Source: Marsupella aquatica
Taxonomy: Eukaryota > Plantae > Marchantiophyta
Length of the DNA: 64,000 nucleotides
NCBI GenBank assembly: GCA_973895155.1
Contig: OZ316897.1
Coordinates: 2,111,312 to 2,175,311, forward strand
Direction: 5' to 3'
Part shown: positions 1 to 13,251 of the stretch, piece after piece
How positions within the stretch are numbered: position 1 is the first letter of the stretch
How the letters are laid out: each line of letters begins with the position of its first letter
Program-made: the position numbers and the translations under genes
The notes under the pieces: generated by a model
What the model saw: the letters and a program-made list of their open reading frames with translations, nothing else
Database searches by the model: none
What the model was told of the DNA's origin: nothing

Positions 1-301
1 CTTTTAGTGGGCGTCATCGCGGCCCCGTCTTACGTTTCTTACTCATGTTGAGAGGATTTGGGCTATTCGGAAATTGCCGTGGAAACAGTAGAGGCTGGAA
101 GGGAACACGGGGTGACCAGAGCCCGACAGCTGGAGGGTAGGTGCCCACGTGCTTGGTCGTTATCGGTTGCTTTGTATGAGGAATCGGGACAATTCGAGGG
201 TATTGAATAACTGGATGCTAGGTGACTTTCCCAGTTGCAAGTGTGTGAAGTGCCCCTGTGACGTGTCCGTGAGAGTTGAGAGTCCCTTGAGGATTCTCTC
301 T

Positions 302-411
302 GCTAATCCCTCCCTTTCAGACCACTATGGTCTACCTGTGGCCTGTTGCTAATCCCTCCCTTTCATCCCACTATGGCCTACCTGTGGCCCGTTAGCTCCT
401 GACTATGGCAC
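302..411. repeat. Short tandem repeat, ~45-bp unit (GCTAATCCCTCCCTTTCA..CCACTATGG.CTACCTGTGGCC), two copies plus a partial
   Basis: Unit visible at ~302 and ~348, with a partial ACTATGGC at ~402. Confidence 0.6.
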
Positions 412-2687
412 TGTTAGCTCTTTTCCCTGTGGTTTCTTGTCTTCTTTCTAGGTTTTTGGGGTTTCCTTTTGCTCACTTCTTTTGAGTTTGATGTTTGTCG
501 CTTGTGACCTCTTTTGTTTGTCCTTCCTTGTACTTTGTTTGGCACTTTTTGTAAACACCTTGTCATGTTTCTCTCTTTCATCGTTGAACGCTTGATTCTG
601 ATTATCAGCAGAGGCACCATAACTAAGAACCCTAACAATAACAACCTTAAAGTTAGTGGTCAATATATCACCTCCAATCTCTATGTAGATGTTCAAGAGC
701 CTTCTGCAGTAGTGGAACCTGTTTGAGTAGTCAGATCAATTGAAAGGCAGCAGGTTGTTGTTCATTAACTCGTGGAATGAAACACAATTAGTCTTTGGAA
801 ATCACTTACAGAATTGGCAACGCATTTCACAGAGCAGCTGACGAACAGAAAACGAAGCCAGAAGAATCGCGTTTCTGACGTTGAAACAGAGCCCTGAAGA
901 TAGACATGATTTGCTATTCCTTCATCCAATTTTCCCAGTTTCCCCGTTCAGAGAATGATGTTGAAAGAAACAAACGAGTTTTGTTACCATAAGGGCAACT
1001 TTAACGGACAAACTCCAATGTTTGCAAACATTGAAGGAAATCTAATGAATCAACTTTCTCGAAACTCGATTTGTCGGTAGTTGGAGCCTAGCATGGAGTT
1101 GACGGTTTACCGTCAATATTCCGAAGATTGGCATCAAGTTCAAGTTCGTATTGGAATTCGTTGGCTGATGCAGATCCTTGATAGCCAGCAAGCTATGCAC
1201 TGCTGGAGAGTTCCTCGCCTAACACGAAAACCTGTGTTGCGTTTTGGCAGGTTTTGGTGACATATATTATAAAATGGGGCGGTAAGAGCACTTGGCACTG
1301 TCTTTCAGAGGTGGTGAGGAACTCCTCTACCATGAATCCAAGGCTGGAGCAAAAACATGAAGATTTGATGAGTGTGCGCACGTGGTGTTCAGGTGCGACG
1401 TACTAAAAAACAATTGGGTTTTCTCCAAGTAGAACGCGGTTCCTATCAGGGAACTCCACAACATACTGGTATTGGTGCCTACTTCAAAGAATGATGCTCA
1501 GCAGCATATATATATATAGTCTTCACTGTTCATCATCTCCATCCTTTTACGTGACATTATGGAACATGATATTAAGACAGAAATCATGTGTGAAGTAGCT
1601 CTCATCCAAAGTGGTCACAACGTTGTGTCGTAGAATTATAATTCAGTATTTCCTTGCATCACTGGAGAATCACGGGTTGGACATTTTTGAACCTCCGAAG
1701 TCGCATTCCAGGACATGCATTCACGCGTCAATGTCTTTGTGGAAACATATGACTGGAATCAACAGAGGGCCTTGTCCACTTGTCCACAAGGCAGGAGAGT
1801 TTGAACAACCATGTGCGGGACTCAAATAAAATTCTTTCAATCTTCCAATTTCCACCCACCAAAGCATCTCAAGCTAGCAAAGTGCACGTTCAGTATGGTC
1901 GTCTCACGAGCCAAAGAAAATGCGGCCGCAACCATCAGCACAACTCACTATCAAATTCTCCAAATACTGACGGTTCTAAACACTGAAGCTTAGGTGTGGT
2001 TGACAAGGCAATCTTAGGGACTGCAATTGTAAGAGGACCAAGCATTGTGTTGCTAAGTACAGTAGATTCAGAACTGGCAGGAGGGATCAATTTCCACCTG
2101 GTATGCAGCCGAATGTTTTTACCCTGAATCTGCTTTATCATTTATCTTTTCCTACCTCAATGCTCCACAGGAAACTCTACGCTCCCTAGTGCTTCTTCTA
2201 CACACAAAATTCATACATCTGATCCTCACACAATTTCCTGAGGAATTCTACTTTCCCTACTGCTTCTCCTGTATACAAAATTGATATTTCTGATACTGGA
2301 ACTATTTTCTCTATTCACAAATCTGGCACACCCAGTAAACCAGAAGACACTCTCAGATAATGACTACAAGCGTTCTTAGGAACAAGGAGGAACAACGAGG
2401 GGACAGGAGAGAAATGAGAAAGGAGGATTTCAATTTCATACATTCCAAAAGATATCCTCCTTGTACTAGCATGTAAATGGACAATAGGACTGATTGACTC
2501 CCCAGTTGACCGCTTGTCAAAGATCCAGAGCCCCCTGGATTGTCCAAGAACAGGTTGTAAATTGCTCCGTGCTACTGGAAAGATAGCATTTTCGAATGGG
2601 AAGGTAGTCTTTACTGCATCTTCGCTGATGGGCCAATATCTCCTATTAACAACCCGAGGCAACGCAGCCAGACCACCGAGCAGATGA

Positions 2688-3842
2688 CTATTCTCCTTGT
2701 GAATTCTTTAAGTCTTCTAGGCTAATTGTTCCAGAATGATCGTAGTCAAGCTGGTGAAACTCTTCAAGTATTGCAGCCACATCATCGTCATCGATCTTCC
2801 CTAGCTCCTTGAGTTTAAAGACCACAAACTCGGAGCAATTGACAACTCCATCCCCGTCAATATCAGCGTCTTGCAGGTCAGTTGGCGTTGTTTTCCGATG
2901 AAGCACCCAGTGGGCTAGATGTAGCTGCCTTTGGACAGTCCTCATCTCTGCTAAGTACAGGAAAAACTGGCCGACAAGTACTGTCCCTGTAAGTATCCAA
3001 CAAGCTGCAAAGAGCCGACCTGTTGCTGTTTTGAAGCTATTGTCTCCATACCCTAATGTGGTCAATGTCACACAAACGCAATAAAACGCGTCCACAAATG
3101 TCATTGCTTCAACCTTGATCAGGAACACGATCCCCCCAACTAATAAGGTCAGGACCATCATTCCTGAGACCATCACCTTCCAAAAAGCATTCTCATAATC
3201 CTCCTCCTCTGCGATCTCATAATCCTTCAGCTCCTTTCTCTTAATGGCATGGATCAACAGCTTTTCTTGCATCTCAACGATGTAGTTAGCTGCACCACTG
3301 ACGATGGCACCAACCAAGCCGAAGCCAACAAAGATATAAATGCTCGTGAAAAGCTTTCCCAATGTGGTCCCCGGGACCAGATCTCCATATCCAACTGTCG
3401 TTAACGTCACAACACAGAAATAGAGGGCGTCAATGAAACTCTCCGTTTTGATCCCGAAAAGATCATCCTCAGCAAAATAAAAGCATAGGGTTCCAGCCGT
3501 GAAGTAGATGACTACTGCTACCCCGGCTTTGACGAGGATGGAACAGCCATTCACCACCTTGTACGGTGGTCTTATGCGGCCTATGCTTGGAATCTGTGCA
3601 ACCTGATTTGGAGATGGAACATCAGTAATGCCTGACTTTGTTTGGCTGACTGGCTGCTGGGCTCGTCTTGCCGTTGACTTCATCTCGCCCAATAAGGGCC
3701 TCCGAATTGCACTTTCCACATCTTCCAAAGGACTCGTGTCTTGTTCTGCTGTTGTAGATTCCGCTCGGTTTGCATTCGGTAAAGGCGTCACTCTGGATGC
3801 CATAGCATTCAAGTCCTGCGGAAGCAAATATCGCCCATACAT
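2688..3842 (-). CDS. TPK: Two-pore (tandem-pore) potassium channel, TPK/KCO family, single coding exon
   Basis: 384-aa ORF with two pore loops (TLTTVGYGD, TLTTLGYGD), four hydrophobic helices and two C-terminal EF-hands (DADIDGDGVVNCSEF, LDYDHSGTISLEDL). The start could be the second Met (MASRV, 3803). A likely 5'UTR intron acceptor lies near 3895. Confidence 0.95.
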   Translation of the reverse strand: MYGRYLLPQDLNAMASRVTPLPNANRAESTTAEQDTSPLEDVESAIRRPLLGEMKSTARRAQQPVSQTKSGITDVPSPNQVAQIPSIGRIRPPYKVVNGCSILVKAGVAVVIYFTAGTLCFYFAEDDLFGIKTESFIDALYFCVVTLTTVGYGDLVPGTTLGKLFTSIYIFVGFGLVGAIVSGAANYIVEMQEKLLIHAIKRKELKDYEIAEEEDYENAFWKVMVSGMMVLTLLVGGIVFLIKVEAMTFVDAFYCVCVTLTTLGYGDNSFKTATGRLFAACWILTGTVLVGQFFLYLAEMRTVQRQLHLAHWVLHRKTTPTDLQDADIDGDGVVNCSEFVVFKLKELGKIDDDDVAAILEEFHQLDYDHSGTISLEDLKNSQGE

Positions 3843-5171
3843 CGTCCTGTATTGGAATTAGAGATTAGATCATTTTGCCCGGTAAAGGCGTCACCCTGAA
3901 AAGACCAAATGCAAGAGTAATTAGTTTAGGGTCATGACATTATCCCTTACCGCGTCTTTTGAATTAGTCTTCCGTAGAACGTATCCACAAAATTCTGTCC
4001 TCAAGAACCTCTCGCAATGGCTTTACACATTGTCTCCTTTAATGAGTCCGAGTGAGCCATGAGAACTTCCAGAGAGCTTGCATGTTGAAATAAAGTACGG
4101 CGAACAATAGCCATGCATGATGGACGATTCATTGAGCTGAACGAATGAACAAATCAATCAACGCTTCTGAGAGCTCTTGCAGCACCCTTGGGGTATCTGA
4201 TCAGAATGAAGAATGCATGAATGAATCGTTGTTAAGGTCAAGCAGACAGACAAATAGAGGGACAGAATCAGTGCACAGAGAGATAGAGAACAAAGGAATG
4301 ATTATAACGATTACCCTTGGGGCCGCTCTCTTCGGGGAACCTGAGGAAACAGTTATCTGAAAGTGAATGATGAGCGAGCGATTCAATGAACGACAGACTG
4401 ATTGAACAAACGAATGTTTGTGAATCTTACCTCTTTAGTGCTCTAGAGCCCTTCCTGCCCTCTCGACCCTGTGTGATGTTACCCACAAGAGGTTTCGAGT
4501 ACAGCAGACATTTCAAAGCACAACTTTATCGCCCGATGTCCAAAGACTTCCAGTTCATGATCTTGCCAATTAGACATGTTGCTGAATGGAAATGTAAAGG
4601 TGTGTTCAGTCTGGTAGAACTGTTGGATCAACAGAACCACGTGAAATTCAGTTGCAAACAGCCACGGATCTAGGAGAGAACTCGCCCCGCATGCTTTCTC
4701 TGAGAAAGGTGGTATCTAGTAGAACAGAGAAGGAATTTGGGGTATCCGATTTGAGCTTGACCTTCAACGTTCATTGATTTGCCCTGTTCGACGATTGAGC
4801 TAGAACTGCTGAGCCTCAGCTTCCTGACGACTAAACATCCACTGGGGAATCAATGCAGACGAAGGGCCACAGTAGACGAGACTGCAACGATCAGTGAAAC
4901 GCTAGCACGGAGAGAAACTGTGGAATTGGAATCAGGGAGGAGCAACTGAAGGAGCAACTGAAGCTTCCTGGGATACCAAACGAAAAGAGGAACAAAGTGG
5001 CAGAACTGTTATTTGAAGAGCTGTTGATCAGAAAGTGGAATGACAATTTCTGGTTTAGAAGAATTGCAAGAATTTAGACGAATGGAGCAATTTGGGATGA
5101 AGAAAAGATTGCAAACGAGAAACGAAATGTACTGTACAGAAGTAGAAACAAAAAAAATTCCAAACCTACAA

Positions 5172-5341
5172 GAGTACATTGCTGACAGATATGCAAGTTA
5201 AATATACCACAAGTTAATGCGCTGAGTACATTGCTGACAGATATGCAAGTTAAATATACCACAAGTTAATGCGCTGAGTACATTGCTGACAGATATGCAA
5301 GTTAAATATTCCACAAGTTAATGCGCTGAGTACATTGCTGA
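5172..5341. repeat. 52-bp minisatellite, three full copies plus a fourth interrupted by the large transposon
   Basis: Unit GAGTACATTGCTGACAGATATGCAAGTTAAATATACCACAAGTTAATGCGCT starts at 5172, 5224, 5276 and 5328. The fourth copy breaks after TGCTGA (5341) and resumes at 29269. Confidence 0.95.
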
Positions 5342-5367
5342 TACGGTGTTCGAAATGTTGCGGGGAG
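5342..5367 (+). repeat. Left terminal inverted repeat
   Basis: TACGGTGTTCGAAATGTTGCGGGGAG; the reverse complement of 29243-29268 is TACGGTGTTTGAAATGTTGCGGGGAG (one mismatch). Confidence 0.95.
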
Positions 5368-5907
5368 TTTTTTCCAGAAAAAGAGTCTAAAGAGAGAAAA
5401 TATTCAATATTTCACAAGAAAAATACAAATACCCAAACTTATTTTGTAGGATACCCTAAAGTGTAATTTGCACGTGTTTGAATTAATTTGAAATAATTTC
5501 TCACTCACTTCAGTAATTCAACAAAAACATTTTGAACATTATCATGTGATACATAAAATCATTCACATATGAATTATGTTTTTAAAATATTCTAACAAAA
5601 TTTATATTTTTTCTCCACTTTTTGAAATTTAAAAACTATTTCGTCCTTCATTTTTGTATACAATATTTTGAAAATTTTCAATCCTTGAAATCACAAACTC
5701 ATGAGTGAAAACTCACAAAATATTTCCTACACCGAACAAAAAAAATTCAAAGAGCAAAACATAACGTTCAAGCAAGATTGAGAGTAAAACACATTTATAT
5801 ACCAAATCAATGAAGAAGCAAAAAAAGTTGACCAAAATAAATCATCTTGAAAAGTGTGAATGTTTTTTTCTCTCCTTACATAGTTGTTTTTTCTCTGTAC
5901 GGTTCCG

Positions 5908-6004
5908 TAAAGTGAAAATTTCTCCCCTTATCTACAAGCCAACCAGAAATGTCCAAGTGTACTTTTTGTTGGCTCGTAGACACGGGGAGAAAATTTGTAC
6001 TTTA
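5908..6004. repeat. Subterminal imperfect palindrome containing the TIR core motif GGGGAGAAA
   Basis: 5908-5943 TAAAGTGAAAATTTCTCCCCTTATCTACAAGCCAAC pairs with 5968-6004, whose reverse complement is TAAAGTACAAATTTTCTCCCCGTGTCTACGAGCCAAC. Confidence 0.8.
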
Positions 6005-7259
6005 CTCAGCCAATACTTTTAAGTTTCAAGGAAAGAAGAGGCCAACCTGAAGGATTAGGTTAGTCATCTGGGAAGAATGTTGTTACTCCATATCTACGAG
6101 TTTCAACCATGGCCAAGTAAGTCATTGATGGATTTACTCTTCCCAATGGATTTGACTCGTCTATCATTGGGACATGGGCCTTGATCACAACAGACAAGCA
6201 CCTCCTTCTTGCCTTCTATTTTTATGAAATTTATTAGTCCACTCTAATTGAGATAGGGAGTATATCATTCTGAGGTGGGTGGGATCCTCAAAGGACAAAT
6301 CGTGCATCCCTCAATGGCAAAATTAGAGATGTTATGGAGCAACTAGAGGCCTGGTGTTGACTGCTGAATAAACAATTACCCCCAAATGTTGACATGCTTA
6401 AAGTTACTAATTATATAGGTCTACAAGTCCTTTATACCTCTACATCCTTCAATGCTTGTCTTTTGGATTGGAAAATATTGGGCATCCAAGCACAGGATAG
6501 TATATATCGGGCTTAAAAGTGTCTTTCTTGTTGAATCATGATGAAAATGTTTATGTTTGTGCATCCTGCAATGCTTGTCTTTTGGACAATATTGGCCTTA
6601 GAAGTGCCTTTCTTGTTGAATCATGATGAAACTGCAAGTACTCCTCAAGGTTGTAAGAGCTGACAGTTTATTTCTTTGCAGGTTCTACAAAAACACTCTT
6701 GTGCCACTACTCTCAATGGAACGTTAATATATTTACTAATGTGTCAAAAATATTTTGAACTGACTCTTTGGTAGAAGTTTTGGGATTCAAAATGATCAGT
6801 TCCATCCAGGCTATGATAGAGACATTATTGTGAAGTTTGAACAGTCCAAAGTCTTTACCAACCATTACACAAGATAGATTAATAAATAGCAATTTCTGTC
6901 AACTTTGAAATGAACTCTCAATCACATTACTTAAAATCAAAGTACACTCTGTTGCCTCCAAACTCAAAGATAAGTAATTTTTGCCTTAAATACTAATTCT
7001 TGATGATTAGCAAGCTAGATAAAAAAATAACTATTGGAGGCTATCCGGTATCCAACAATGTTTTCTTCTGTGATCCTTCCAAGCCATTGCATTTCTATCG
7101 TCTCTTGTAGAGTGTATAACCTGAAAATCCTGAAAAAACAACATGATATATTCACATTAATGATACTGAGAAAAAACAATACGAGTTTCCACAATACAAT
7201 TAACACATGCAACGGTTGAAAAATTACCTTTGTTGAATCTTATCAGAAGATAATAATCC

Positions 7260-10200
7260 TTATAACTTGCCGTAGGCGGTGTTGAAACTAGCCATGACCA
7301 ACTTGGAGTGCATCACTTCCACATTTGGATATGCAGGAATATCAATTTGTTTAGAACAGGTGGATGCAATAGGCAAAGAGCTCGAAGGTCGACTAGGGCT
7401 AAAATTCACATGACATATTGTACCTGCATTGTATTTCTCATCTGTAATAAACCTATATAATCTATAGGTTTCAACACCAGAAAATTGACCAATTGCTTCT
7501 TGAAATAAGTCTTTCAATGCTGGTGGAAAATCTATTGAATATCTGACCCTTGACAAAAACTCTCTATTTGTGATTCCTTGTTGCGCACTGAAAAATGCTT
7601 GCATGGCTTTCACAGAGACGTCTTTAAATGTACTTGTCAACACAAGCTTCTTTTCAGCCTCATTAATGAAGGGAGATGCCATCACAGTCTTCGCCAATGA
7701 GAAGAATCCGTCATGAAGTAGTGCACCAACCATGCTGCAAGCTCCAAATAGAGTCTCATATATGATATCTGCATACAGTTTTGTAGTTGCTTTCTGAAAT
7801 GCTTCAGTTGACCAGTTTGGGTCAAGTGTTACAACTCTGCAATAATATTCAGGCATTATATCCTCCATGCTGTCAATGAGACCCTCTCTCGATTCTTCAA
7901 GAGCATTAATCAAAGACTGCATGAAACCATACCTGCAATAAAAAATTAGTTTGATCATTACCTATAAAATTAAGATCACAGTATAAAATGAGAAGACAAT
8001 AATATCATAGAAATAATGTATAACAAAAAAGTGCACGGTTCCCACTAGGTACATTTACATACCATGTTGGTCGAACAGCTCGAAAATCTTCTATATAAAT
8101 TGATCGTTTTGTTTTTTCTTGTTGCACTTGCATGTAAATATCTTCACGGGAGGGACATTTACCCATGGCATGAGCAATTGTGGCCATTGTGATTGGACGA
8201 TGAACTTGTTTCTTTTTCAATATGAGAAGAAACATGAGTTGACCAACAAGTTGAACCTGATGGAATATGACAAGTAAAAACCTAGTTAAAATCAATAACA
8301 TTAAAAAAATTGAAGCAATGATATAAACCACTGAAACAGTCTGGAACACTTCAATTGAATAATATTTTAAAAACTTTACATTGTTATTTATGACTTACAT
8401 CTTTCTTGGAGATTTATGTAAACTGTTTTTGGAATTAAGATGATGAAGCCCGCCACATCCCTCTGTGAAAACTGCATGGAATTCCTGCATTGCATAAATA
8501 TGTTAATTATGATTCAAGGTTGAATTGCATGACTAGTCCCCGGACTAGTCTTGAACAAAATTATTGATTCATGATCAAGAAAACTTACTGCACTTCCACT
8601 AAACAGAGTCTTCCAAGCCCCTGTCAACAATCGACTTGTGACACCCCCTGCATCTACAGTTTCAGATTCCTCCAGTGTTACTTCTCCACTATGTGTTGTG
8701 TAGATTAACTTTGCTGCAAAATCTCCAAATATCTCTTGTCTTCTCAAGGCTTCTTGGCACATCTTTTGAATAGCAGTTAACTCATCACCGTCATAAAACT
8801 GCACAGACAAAATAAAGCTATTTAGATGTATAAACTTAAATGCAAAATGACATTAAATACAACAAGGCTATAGATAAGTATGAACATTTTCAAGACTGGG
8901 TTTCTTTTGTTTCTACATTACCTGAATTCGAATTTGTGGAACCTGCCTATAGAGTTTCCGAAAGTGAGAAAGTCCAATGTCAGAAATCTGATGGACCCTT
9001 AACAAGTATTTTGTCCTTTCAATTTCTTTTTTGGCTTCAATGTACATATTTTCACAACTTGTAAGCGTCGGTTCTTCAAGCTGACATTTTCCAATCCATT
9101 CAATGTATTCGTCGCGCAGAGAGATAATGCGGGCTTCTGAAAATTTCCCTTTCCCGTATGATGGAGTAAGCAAATAATCTCTGAAATAATGCTCAACAAT
9201 CCACAGTATGTTGTTAAATTCAACAATGAAAACTATTCACTTTAAATTTACAAAAATCATAATTTTAATGGAATGCATTCAGCTCACTGCATCTGATGAA
9301 AATGAACACTTAAATAAACATGTCAACCATTAATTACCTGAAGATTTGTAATGATCTGTCCAAATCGTTTTGAACAAACTCAGGAACAAGATCGGGTATG
9401 AGTTTTTGCAATTGTTCCCACATGTGCCACCTTGGAATGGCTGCTGCCTCAAAATAGTATCCAAAGTCATACTTGGTATACGAACTTAGGCCTTCTAAAC
9501 CATTTAACACTGGTGTAACAAAATCTTCCAGCATTGCATCTGATAATCCCAATTTTGCTTCTCTTCGATGTTGAAGGAATTCCAGATCTGCACAAGCAAC
9601 TGTCGCATCCATTTTATTGCGTTCCTCTACTAAAACGGCATCAAAATTTTCCCAAAAGATTGCCATGGCTTGATTTGGTGCTTGATCCACAGGCAACTTT
9701 ATGTCTTTATCCAATTTTTGAAGCCGCTCTTGTGCTGCACAATACGCATCTAGCAGGGCTGACGTCTCTGTCTCACTTGTTATAAGATCGTCCTCAAATC
9801 GGTCATTCTCGGGTGTGCCTGTACAATCACAAAATAGTTCTAAAAATATTCAACCATCCACTCAAGCCTACATATTATAAGAATCAATCCAAACCCGAAT
9901 CAAAATCCTTAACTCTAAATCCTGAACCCTAATCAACACACAATTCTGACATTTTCACTTACCTCTTTGTAGTAATCTTGATTGTCTTTCAATAACCTCT
10001 TCATTTTCCAATATAATGGGACTATGAACAGTCCCTACAAGGCTTACTTCATTCTCATGTCTTGAAGATCCAAAGACTAGGGCTCCTTGTGCAGGTATAG
10101 CTTCGTTCAAAACACCTCTGGTTCTTGAAGTTTGAAATGAATGAGCTCGTAAAGGTAAAGTTGGCAGTAATAATGCACCTGTATCATGTTTCACAATTAC

Positions 10201-13200
10201 CCAACACATTAGGGTTGGATTGTCAGATTGCTTTCACTCACATAGCCACTCTGTACCCTTTTTAATATATATTATGATTTCATGGCAGCATTGTTAACCT
10301 ACTATCGCCTTACTGTAGACATCTTGAAAAGCCTTACATACTACAGTAAAGCATCTCAAGCTTGGTATCCAGATTGAGCTTCGGCCATAACTGTAACTCA
10401 AGACTTAGATATATAGAAACTTTACAAAAGTTGTATGAGGTCAGGCAAGGGAATCCACATGAAGAGACCAGAGCATCTAATGGAGAGCAATAGAGCAATA
10501 ATTAGCACGCTGAGAAAAGCAAAATAATGTCTTGAGAATTCCTTATACAAAAGTTGACCAAAAGACCAATGACTTAGTATGCCAATGATTTACCATTTAA
10601 TTACTCTACTCTCCTAAATGCAAGTGTACATTATGATCAGAACTGTGATGAGTGCAATATGATTTCATTTTACTCAGCAGAACTAAAGAATGTTTTTGCT
10701 TCAAAGCTTTGGCTGGCTGCACACAAGCCTATGATGCTAGACACTCCATTTGTTCCTCATACTAATCAGCGTTGATGGAAAATACCATGGCTGCTACGGT
10801 TTGAAGTGTGTACTAAGGGTCTTCCTCTTGAACTAAGAAAACATGTACAAACTTGCTTCAACACGCTTGCAATAAAAAACTCATTGGTCGGTAGTCGATC
10901 TTGAAGTGGCCAAACTTTCAAGATTCCCCAATGCTTTCATCAGTTAATTGTTTTGTTGCACTAAAATGCAAAAGAAGGAAACACCTGAATCAGGATTGGG
11001 GCTCATCCGGGGGCTCATCTTGCATACCACAAGTAAGCTTTGGAGCATCAATCACCCCACCTGTCTCTGCTCCATATCTACTGGAGTTTGTTTGGAATCA
11101 TGTCACCTATAACTCCAGGGTCATAGGAAGTGCTTTTCTCAAAATGGCCAACAACCAACCTTGATCAGCAGGGTCAGTGGATGTCAATTCGAGGGCTGCA
11201 TCCTGGGGCCATGATTACCTGGTAATGAGCATCAAGTATTCCACTTGCAGTGATTCCATCACAGTCACTAGGAGTTTGGTTCCAGTAAGGCTCATTCTGG
11301 AGTCAGGGCTGTAAGTGAGAGTAATATGGAGAGAAGAGGGCCATTGACCTGTTGGAGTGGATTGGATTGATAGGGTCATTCCACTGTAGTTTCAAAGAAA
11401 AAGCATCTCCAAAAATCTATTGGCAAGGTGTTGACAGATAAACAAAAGGACTGCCCACAACAAGGCAGACAAACAGAACACCACCAGAAGCGCACAACAA
11501 AAACCATGTTGGTCAAAAATTTAAAGGATGCGGTACAAAATGCACAACCAAGAAGAGCAATCATTTGCAGCCCATAGCCTCATTCAGAACATGCTTTCAT
11601 AGATCTTACATATGCATGTTGTGCAATACTAATTTCATACGTACACCTACAAACTAACCCCCACCCATGCTAACATGTAAGAAATTGAATAATTATTAAA
11701 CTAAAGTGATCTATGGCCAAGGAAACTCAAAGGATGCACGTACTTGAGTCACCATGGGGTGAAGACGAGCTGTCATTGGGCTGGGTTTGAAACTCAGAAG
11801 TCGAAGGGTTTCCCAATTGAGGTGACGAGCTCGTTAATGGAGATGACAAATTAGAGGATCTTCTTGACAGATTTTGCGGGGCTTCAAACCAGAACAATGC
11901 AATAAGCAATTAGATACCTAATTCGATCAATTACATAGAAGCTACACTATATAATCCATAAAGCTTCATGGTGTATTTTTCACATCAATGGAGCTAGAAA
12001 TGATTTACCTGTTACTCAATATTACTTGTGCATCGATCAAGACAAATGAAGTTGATATCCTTACCTGTCAAAGTTATTGTGGGGTCGTGCAAGTTTTCTG
12101 TCTCCTCAATCCCTTCAGACTCAGAAGCTGCAAAGCTCGAGTTTGAGCTCTCTCTTTGAGTGTTAGAATTCCATGACTGTGAAGGACTTTGGGCATGTTC
12201 TGTTTCATTTTCAAATGCCCGACGATGCTCTGTCGTTGGAGAATCTTCTGAATAGACAAAAGTTTCAATTAATATGCAAATCATATCCAAAGACTTGCTG
12301 GGAAAGAGCAGAAAAATGTCATAATCTAAGAATCTAGTAACAATGATGACAAAAATGTTTGCTTGCTTTACCTGGACGTGCAGTCGAGTGACCATGGATA
12401 TTTCGTCTGGTATCTCGTTTACGTCGACGTGTTCCTTGTGAAGGCACAATAATTGTTGCACCTGAACAACCAGCCGCCTCAACATGGTAATGTCTTATTT
12501 GTTGTGGCGTCATTTGACAAGAGGGGTCTGGAATGTATACTACTTTATCAAACCGAGACACGTTTCTCCATTCGGTGTCCCCCGATAGAAAATATGAATC
12601 TAGTGTTGCACCACCTAGTTTGTCCAGGTCGTCTCTGTGTTGCCCAACATTTGTCATTCTCAAAAAGCATCCTGATATGTCAGCGTAACCAGTATTTTGG
12701 GCCCATTCTTGAGATGCCACAATTTCCCGAATATGCCACTGAGCAGTATTTTCCCGGAATTGACCTCCATCATAGACACCACCCCAAGGCGTTGACCCAG
12801 GTAGACTAACATATATTGGAGGCCTGAATTTTTTCACTCTTCGCATGTAGCAACTCTGATTGCCTGTGTCCACTTGTTGTGCCTCTCAAATTTGTTGAGG
12901 ACAATATATAGCACGACTCACTGGTTTATCATAATTCCTTCGATTGCAAATTATTGGAGGAGGTCTTGCAATCATCTGTCTCCTTCCTCTGTTTGCCGCA
13001 CCTCCACCTCTGTTTCCTCCACCTCCACATCTATTTGATCCACGTCCAGATTCTCCTTCAGGTTGATAATTGTATTGGTGATACGAGGCTGGGAATGTTG
13101 GAAATTCATATAGTGGAAGTGTCACTGGCTCAGTAGTTTCCCGAGGACCCGATTGTGTACTAGTTCCTAGTGGGATCATCCTCGAATTTCTGTTGTATCC

Positions 13201-13251
13201 TTGGACAGGGTTTCTCTGACAAGGATCTCGACTATCAGTAGGTTCATCCAT
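7260..13251 (-). pseudogene. Multi-exon HECT-domain E3 ubiquitin ligase gene inside the transposon, with at least one in-frame stop
   Basis: HECT N-lobe motif ETVDAGGVTSRLLTGAWKTLF (ORF 8514-8810). C-lobe LYRFIT...LPIASTC(S)KQIDIPAY...KLVMA...AYGKL*, with catalytic Cys codon at 7356-7358 and an aromatic residue at -4 from the end. GT-AG junctions link several ORF pieces in frame (12372/12247, 12065/11881, ~9962/9819, ~9339/9181, ~8922/8798, ~8063/7932). In-frame TGA at 12886-12888. Exons between ~10200 and 11700 and around 8260-8590 are not resolved. Confidence 0.8.

Noticed and set aside
1-300. Possible LTR-element fragment at the window start
   Set aside because: No diagnostic motif or second terminus is visible within the window.
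12886-12888. Selenocysteine or programmed readthrough at the in-frame TGA of the HECT gene
   Set aside because: Land plants lack Sec machinery and there is no redox motif context. CGA>TGA decay is the simpler explanation.
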